This document shows positions 27,597 through 32,762 of a DNA stretch of 32,762 nucleotides, piece by piece; the first letter of the stretch is position 1, and every line of letters begins with the position of its first letter. The stretch comes from a virus. Taxonomy: Duplodnaviria; Caudoviricetes. The notes under the pieces were generated by a model that was given only the letters and a program-made list of their open reading frames with translations, searched no databases and was not told the origin of the DNA. The DNA is taken from IMG/VR virus record IMGVR_UViG_3300012665_000405, positions 1 through 32,762 of that record; one strand, written 5' to 3'. The translations under genes and the position numbers were made by a program.

Positions 27597-28066
27597 CCGA
27601 TAAGAAAAAGTCTAACTTAGCAAAAGGACGTAATAGCTACGATGCTGAGATTGACGGTGAGATTATTCCCTTCTTTAATCGAAATATAACTCCTTACGCT
27701 ACAGAAGCGGGAGGTCCTAAGTTTGATTTGATCCCTGTTGAGAAACAAAAAGACATTATGATTAATCATGCTAGGATGTATGCCCAGCAAGAGTATGATC
27801 GTATTATGGAACTAGTTGCTGTTTTAGAAAATCAGGCACAGCAGATCAAACGCAGACTAGATGTTACTGATGCAGTACATGCTGCTGAATATCAGTTCCA
27901 GGTAGTAATGGGACAATGCTATTGGCTAGTATGGGACACTCGTAAAGAAAAAATGTTACTAGTACTAACTGGTCCTAACGATTGGTCCAGTAGTCCACCC
28001 GATTGGTATGAATATCAAACGCAGGTAAAATACATGGGTGATCATACCTGGATGGAAATAAAATGA
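27593..28066 (+). CDS. hypothetical protein (DUF2452-like)
   Basis: Coiled-coil core then [26 protein letters not shown]; family recalled from pattern only. Confidence 0.65.
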   Translation: MTDKKKSNLAKGRNSYDAEIDGEIIPFFNRNITPYATEAGGPKFDLIPVEKQKDIMINHARMYAQQEYDRIMELVAVLENQAQQIKRRLDVTDAVHAAEYQFQVVMGQCYWLVWDTRKEKMLLVLTGPNDWSSSPPDWYEYQTQVKYMGDHTWMEIK

Positions 28067-28497
28067 AAGATAAATTTATAAATGCATATATGGATGTTGC
28101 TGAACGCTTTGCACAATTAAGTTCAGCACGTAGGTTGCACGTTGGTGCTATTGTAGTCAAGGATGATCGAATTATTAGTATTGGTTACAATGGTATGCCT
28201 AGCGGGTGGGATAACGATTGTGAAGATACTATCCAACACAGTGATGATACAGTTACATTAAAAAGTAAACCAGAGGTGTTACATGCAGAAACTAATGCTA
28301 TTGCTAAACTCGCGAAAAGTACAGAATCCGGTGATGGGGCTGTATTGTTTGTTACTCATAGCCCATGCTTGGACTGTGCAAAACTTATATTTCAAAGTGG
28401 CATTCGCAGTGTATTCTATCGTAACAGTTATCGTAGTACTGATGGTACTGCGTTCCTTGAACGATCAGGAATCGAAGTAAAACAAATTAAGGAATAA
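28063..28497 (+). CDS. dCMP deaminase (ComEB-like)
   Basis: VGAIVVKDDRIISIGYNG, HAETNAI, PCLDC zinc motifs. Confidence 0.92.
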   Translation: MKDKFINAYMDVAERFAQLSSARRLHVGAIVVKDDRIISIGYNGMPSGWDNDCEDTIQHSDDTVTLKSKPEVLHAETNAIAKLAKSTESGDGAVLFVTHSPCLDCAKLIFQSGIRSVFYRNSYRSTDGTAFLERSGIEVKQIKE

Positions 28498-28499
28498 TT

Positions 28500-28748
28500 A
28501 TGGCAGAACGTTATATGTGTGTCTATTACTATCAGAAGCCCAACGGTAAGTGGGACGAAGTAACAGAGTTTAAGAATAACTTAAGAATGAAGCAGATGCA
28601 AACCGCAAAGGTTATACTCGACTTCAAAGAGAAGAAGTGTGTCAAAAACGGCCTCAACCCTGAAGCCGGTTTTGATGATATGCTTGAGTTTTATAAAAGG
28701 CTGTTAGGGGATAAACTTACCCCCTACTTGTCTCAAGAGTCTTTATAA
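28500..28748 (+). CDS. hypothetical protein
   Basis: 82 aa, AAGGA RBS; 3' end overlaps the phoH stop. Confidence 0.75.
   Translation: MAERYMCVYYYQKPNGKWDEVTEFKNNLRMKQMQTAKVILDFKEKKCVKNGLNPEAGFDDMLEFYKRLLGDKLTPYLSQESL
28644..28668 (-). terminator. intrinsic terminator downstream of phoH, embedded in the opposite gene
   Basis: Minus-strand CGGCUUCA-GGGU-UGAGGCCG-UUUUU; one G-U pair forms only on the minus strand; second stem at 28705-28726. Confidence 0.7.
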
Positions 28749-29476
28749 ATTTCTAATATCTCCTTTACTGCTGCGTGTCTTTCAACATCTTCTATTGTAA
28801 AGTGGCACACATCAACATAACGGTGATTCTTAAAGTCGTTATACAACCCAAGGAATTCGAGCAAGCCGTTATTTGACGGACGGTCTGCTTGCTGTAGATC
28901 ACCAGTGACTACCATATGCGATCCTTGTCCTAATCTTGTTAGTAGCATTTTCATTTGGCTTGGAGTAGCGTTTTGCATCTCGTCAGCGATAATAATAGCG
29001 TCTTTAAATGTTCTCCCCCTCATATATGCTAAAGGACTAGTTTCAATAATTCCTTCTTTGACCATAGTCTCAATTTCTTTAGCGTTAAAGTTTTCTCTGA
29101 ATACATCAAAAATCGGTATAGTCCATGGAGCCATCTTTTCGTTTAGATCTCCAGGTAAAAAACCGTGTTCTTCGTCAACTGACACCGCAGGTCTGGTTAT
29201 AATTATCTTCGATACTTCTCCTCGGTTGTATTGTTCTATGGCCCATTGAACTGCTAGCATAGTTTTCCCCGTACCGGCTGGCCCTATAGCAAAGATGATC
29301 ATTTTCGAGTCATCATTTAGCTTTAGGAGGTAATTTTCTTGGCTAAGATTTTTAGGGTATATTTGAACGTGTTTACGTCTTTTCTGTAGTCTTGGGTCAA
29401 TATTTATAACGTTGGACTCAAAACGTGGGTCATAGTGTTGATTTTGTTGCGATTGCTGTACTCGTTTACGCTTCAT
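28733..29476 (-). CDS. phoH: PhoH-family ATPase
   Basis: GPAGTGKT, IIITRPAV, GFLPG, LAYMRGRTF, DEMQN, VTGDLQQAD, RH motifs; AAGGAGG RBS 29488-29494. Confidence 0.95.
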   Translation of the reverse strand: MKRKRVQQSQQNQHYDPRFESNVINIDPRLQKRRKHVQIYPKNLSQENYLLKLNDDSKMIIFAIGPAGTGKTMLAVQWAIEQYNRGEVSKIIITRPAVSVDEEHGFLPGDLNEKMAPWTIPIFDVFRENFNAKEIETMVKEGIIETSPLAYMRGRTFKDAIIIADEMQNATPSQMKMLLTRLGQGSHMVVTGDLQQADRPSNNGLLEFLGLYNDFKNHRYVDVCHFTIEDVERHAAVKEILEIYKDS

Positions 29477-29499
29477 ATAAGGTTAGCCCTCCTTGTTAA

Positions 29500-29544
29500 G
29501 TGTTAGGCACGGACCTATTAACCGTAGTGTCCGTGTCCGAACAC
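29500..29544 (-). promoter_or_regulatory. long stem-loop in the phoH 5' leader
   Basis: GUGUU/AACAC, CACGGAC/GUCCGUG and CUA/UAG stacked stems between TAAATA and the SD. Confidence 0.6.
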
Positions 29545-29549
29545 AAAAG

Positions 29550-29603
29550 TATTTAACTCTTCTGCGAAAAAGATATGTGTTACGATAAAAAACGAACTAA
29601 ATA
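29550..29603. promoter_or_regulatory. divergent late promoters
   Basis: TAAATA on minus strand 29550-29555 and on plus strand 29598-29603. Confidence 0.65.
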
Positions 29604-29618
29604 CTGTTAGGAGAAACC

Positions 29619-30140
29619 ATGGCTGATCTTAAAGATATAATTTTAAATATAGAACAATTATACGGTTCTAATAATAGCTTGTCTATGCTCAAAGATTTTG
29701 AGCGTGTAATGGACGAACTTGACATATACGTATTTGACAACTGGATCGACGGCGAGATTGTTGCTGGTCCTAAAGAATCACGATATTTTGTAGAATGTAC
29801 ACTTATGTGGCCAGAAGATAGGATGCCAGAACCTAAGGGCGGGTTACGGTTATTAGACTACGGTTGTAAAGTGCAATTTGCAAAATCTGTATTAAATAAA
29901 GTTAGAAAGATTAAGAATCCCGACGATATTCGTCCTGGGACACGTAAAGGCAAAATTGATCAAGAAGCCATTTATCTTGCTAAAATTATAATGCCTAAAA
30001 AATTAATGTCTGATATACAAAGAGGTTATAACAATCTCGACAGCAACAAAGTAGAGGATATTATTAGCCAAGAAGATATTATGGGAAGTAATCCAGCCGG
30101 TTCAGAACAACAAGTTCAGGATGTACAAAATGCAGAATAA
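29619..30140 (+). CDS. hypothetical phage protein
   Basis: 173 aa, AGGAG RBS, TAAATA promoter. Confidence 0.85.
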   Translation: MADLKDIILNIEQLYGSNNSLSMLKDFERVMDELDIYVFDNWIDGEIVAGPKESRYFVECTLMWPEDRMPEPKGGLRLLDYGCKVQFAKSVLNKVRKIKNPDDIRPGTRKGKIDQEAIYLAKIIMPKKLMSDIQRGYNNLDSNKVEDIISQEDIMGSNPAGSEQQVQDVQNAE

Positions 30141-30864
30141 ATTAACAGAAGGGCTTAGACCTTTAGATCTAAAAGAAATGATACATCCTGTATTTGAAGT
30201 AGACACGTTTAGATCTAAGATGGGAGAAGATCAAGATGTTTGCGTTGTCAGCTTTACAGTAAAAGATAGATTTCCAGCAAAGGACTTAATGGAGTTTGTT
30301 GAGAAAGGATATAACTTTGTTTTAGATGCTGATGTTTCATCTGGTGAAAACAATGACGGTGAATATAGTGTATTCATTGAACTCGAAAGATCATCTAAGC
30401 TATCTGAGCAAATTAAAGAATTAACTTACGGAATTCGTAAGTTAACAGGCATTGACGGTTGGCAATTTAAGTATCACAAAGATCATACAGTACACGAAGC
30501 AACTGAAGAAAATTTAAAAAATTATATTCCATCAAGTCCCGGAATGTACGAGAAAGCAATGACTCGTATTAAAACAGAAAGTGTAAAAAAATTCTTTACT
30601 AAAACACTTATGGATGATCTAACATTAGATGGCAATGTTATTACTATCCACAAGCCGTACAATCAAAAAATACAACTACGCTGGCTCAACGAAGATGATC
30701 CTCAACCAGTAGTCGAAGGCGCTATGGATATAGACGAGGCCGCAACTGCTGAAATGTTCTGGTTAACTAAAGTATTAGGTGACTATAACATAAGTAAATT
30801 TGGTGATAAATTTTTATTCACGAATGGCGGGGGCGCCATGTTATTACAAAGGATAGAACAATGA
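30130..30864 (+). CDS. hypothetical phage protein
   Basis: Start 30130 (AGGA upstream) or 30121; overlaps both neighbours. Confidence 0.8.
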   Translation: MQNKLTEGLRPLDLKEMIHPVFEVDTFRSKMGEDQDVCVVSFTVKDRFPAKDLMEFVEKGYNFVLDADVSSGENNDGEYSVFIELERSSKLSEQIKELTYGIRKLTGIDGWQFKYHKDHTVHEATEENLKNYIPSSPGMYEKAMTRIKTESVKKFFTKTLMDDLTLDGNVITIHKPYNQKIQLRWLNEDDPQPVVEGAMDIDEAATAEMFWLTKVLGDYNISKFGDKFLFTNGGGAMLLQRIEQ

Positions 30865-31481
30865 ACTTTAGTTTCACATTAGCAGATCTTAAATCGATCA
30901 TCGGAAATAATCAATATGCAGATCATTGGTATGATGCAATTTGTAAAATTTGTCCTGACTATCAAATTGATACTCCGCAACGTCTAGCTGCATTCCTAGC
31001 ACAATGCGCACATGAATCCGGTGGGTTTGTTTTCTTAAAAGAAAACTTAAACTACAAAGCAGCAAGTTTACGAAAAGTTTTTCCTAAGTATTTTCCAGAT
31101 GATGCTATTGCAGCGGCATATGCTAACAAAGGAGAGATGATTGCTAATCGTGTATACGGAAATCGCATGGGCAATGGCGACGAAGCAAGTGGTGACGGAT
31201 TCCGTTACTGCGGTCGCGGACTAATACAGTTAACTGGCAAGAATAACTACGAATCATTTGCCGATAGTATCGAAACTCCAGTTGAAGAAATTCCAGAATA
31301 TCTAGCAACCTTTGAAGGTGCTGTGCAATCAGCTTGCTGGTTCTGGGAAACAAACAATCTAAATCAGTGGGCAGACAAGGGTGATATCCTTACACTAACT
31401 AAGCGTATCAATGGTGGTACTATTGGTCTTGAAGATCGTAAGAAACACTACGAACACGCCCTACATGTATTAGGCGCTTAA
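30861..31481 (+). CDS. GH19 chitinase-like endolysin
   Basis: AAFLAQCAHESGG, ENLNY, YCGRGLIQLTGKNNY, SACWFW, TKRINGGTIGLEDR. Confidence 0.92.
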   Translation: MNFSFTLADLKSIIGNNQYADHWYDAICKICPDYQIDTPQRLAAFLAQCAHESGGFVFLKENLNYKAASLRKVFPKYFPDDAIAAAYANKGEMIANRVYGNRMGNGDEASGDGFRYCGRGLIQLTGKNNYESFADSIETPVEEIPEYLATFEGAVQSACWFWETNNLNQWADKGDILTLTKRINGGTIGLEDRKKHYEHALHVLGA

Positions 31482-31482
31482 T

Positions 31483-32103
31483 ATGTGGCAACTTGGATGG
31501 GTCTTCAGTCTCATTCCAGATAGTTTGTTTATTTGGATTTATTATATACTCCTAGGGATAGGAGTATTGCTTTACATTGCTAGTAAACTTGTAAAGTGGA
31601 TCCCGCTAATGGGCCAATATAAATTACCAGCAGAACTTGTCGGGGTCGTAATGCTAGTTGTCGGGTCTTATTTCTATGGTGGCTACGGTGTGCAGTCTGC
31701 GTGGCAGGCTCGTGTAGCAGAATTAGAAGCAAAAGTAAAAGCTGCTGAAGAGCAGAGTCAAAAAGTTAACACTGTAATAGAAGAAAAGATTGTTTACAAG
31801 ACTAAAGTAATCAAGGAAAACGTTTATGTCAACAGAGAAATTATCAAAGAAGTTGCGGGTAAGCAACTTGATGCTAGCTGTAGCTTGCCTAAGTCTACTA
31901 TCAGCTTGCACGACAGCGCCAGTCGTAATGAAGTGGCCGGACGTGCCGAGTCAACTGATGGAACCCCCAGCGAAGTTAAAGCCAGTCAGCTCCTCGACAG
32001 AGTCGTCGAAAACTACGGTTCCTGCCACGAAAACGCAGCCAAACTAGAAGCGTGGCAAGAATGGTATAGGGAGCAGAAAAAAATCTTCGAAAGCGTTAAA
32101 TAG
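31483..32103 (+). CDS. inner-membrane spanin (Rz-like)
   Basis: N-terminal TM helices, coiled coil, C..P....LHD.A and NYGSCH..L.AWQEW C-terminus; follows the endolysin. Confidence 0.75.
   Translation: MWQLGWVFSLIPDSLFIWIYYILLGIGVLLYIASKLVKWIPLMGQYKLPAELVGVVMLVVGSYFYGGYGVQSAWQARVAELEAKVKAAEEQSQKVNTVIEEKIVYKTKVIKENVYVNREIIKEVAGKQLDASCSLPKSTISLHDSASRNEVAGRAESTDGTPSEVKASQLLDRVVENYGSCHENAAKLEAWQEWYREQKKIFESVK
31826..32047 (+). CDS. outer-membrane lipoprotein spanin (Rz1-like), embedded in +1 frame
   Basis: AAGGA 31813-31817; basic N-region, hydrophobic core, lipobox LSAC; Pro-rich WPDVPSQLMEPP. Confidence 0.75.
   Translation: MSTEKLSKKLRVSNLMLAVACLSLLSACTTAPVVMKWPDVPSQLMEPPAKLKPVSSSTESSKTTVPATKTQPN
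32097..32102 (+). promoter_or_regulatory. possible late promoter core TAAATA
   Basis: Overlaps the spanin stop; AGGAG RBS and ATG 32128 follow. Confidence 0.45.
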
Positions 32104-32127
32104 TAGTATATTAAGTAGGAGCGAGAA

Positions 32128-32691
32128 ATGGCATTAATAGATTCAGTATTAAATTTAGTAAACAAACAACCTAAAGACCCGGACGCACCTAAGCCACCAG
32201 TCGGCTCACGTAGCGAACGTGAAGCAAAATTAAAAGACAAAGCAGGTATGGTTATTTCCATCTTTGCTTTGTTACTAGCAGTTAACGCATGGTATGGTGG
32301 CAAACTATCTAGCACAGTATTAAACAATACACTAGGTGCTAACAATACGTGGGCACAGTATCAAGCCAAAGCAGGTCGTGGCGTTAGTTACGAAATTGCC
32401 GCTAAGACAACAGCTGACCCAAAAATAAAAGCAGAGTTCATGGCAGAGAAAGAACGCATGGACAGTGACAAAAAAGAGATTGCTGAACGAGCAAAAGCAA
32501 TGGAAGCTGCTCGTGAAGAGGCTAAAAAGTCTAGCCCATGGATCGGGTATGCATCAACTGCATACCAGTTAGCTATTGTTGTTCTATCAGCAAGTATCTT
32601 AGCTGTTAGTATGGCCATGTTCTGGGGTAGTTTTGCAGTGGCAGGATTTGGAATACTGTTAAGTCTAAACGGCTTATTCCTCTGGTTCTAA
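32128..32691 (+). CDS. DUF4337-like membrane protein
   Basis: TM helix, ANNTWAQYQAK motif, coiled coil, QLAIVVLSASIL plus two C-terminal TM helices. Confidence 0.7.
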   Translation: MALIDSVLNLVNKQPKDPDAPKPPVGSRSEREAKLKDKAGMVISIFALLLAVNAWYGGKLSSTVLNNTLGANNTWAQYQAKAGRGVSYEIAAKTTADPKIKAEFMAEKERMDSDKKEIAERAKAMEAAREEAKKSSPWIGYASTAYQLAIVVLSASILAVSMAMFWGSFAVAGFGILLSLNGLFLWF

Positions 32692-32701
32692 GGAGAACGT
32701 A

Positions 32702-32762
32702 ATGTTGGATATTTTATTATGGGTAGCAGTAGGAGCATTTATAGGTTGGAATTTTCCGCAGC
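32702..32762 (+). CDS. 3'-truncated small membrane protein
   Basis: AAGGAG RBS; MLDILLWVAVGAFIGWNFPQ..., runs off the window. Confidence 0.65.
   Translation, partial: MLDILLWVAVGAFIGWNFPQ

Noticed and set aside
31970-31990. Programmed frameshift joining the o-spanin N-half to the i-spanin C-terminus
   Set aside because: No canonical X XXY YYZ slippery site seen
1-32762. Stop-codon recoding, tRNAs, introns, inteins, transposases
   Set aside because: Code 11 gives dense intact ORFs with all three stops used; intergenic gaps are short and show no cloverleaf, splicing or transposase motifs

Overview
Gene-dense, AT-rich segment of a large T4-like/jumbo dsDNA tailed phage, standard genetic code, probably infecting a Gram-negative proteobacterium (spanins, FdxA-type ferredoxin, IscA). 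1-5.3 kb: early hypothetical genes behind consensus sigma70 promoters. 5.3-10.8 kb: accessory genes (Maf/DUF115-like protein, variant QueD, glycosyltransferase, WYL_2/SH3-like protein, UvsE, histone-like protein, IscA). 10.8-23.8 kb: late tail/baseplate structural cluster with a 2379-aa modular protein. 23.8-29.5 kb: stand-alone DnaE fragment, GroES, MazG-like, cytidylyltransferase, clamp loader, ferredoxin, dCMP deaminase, PhoH. 30.8-32.7 kb: lysis module (GH19 endolysin, i-spanin with embedded o-spanin). The most notable signals are regulatory: a preQ1-I-like riboswitch variant ahead of a QueD with altered metal ligands, a T4-style hairpin that would silence a late gene on early transcripts, TAAATA late promoters 4-5 nt before an ATG (two opening with coupled mini-ORFs), and a structured phoH leader. 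All family assignments come from motif recognition, not database searches.
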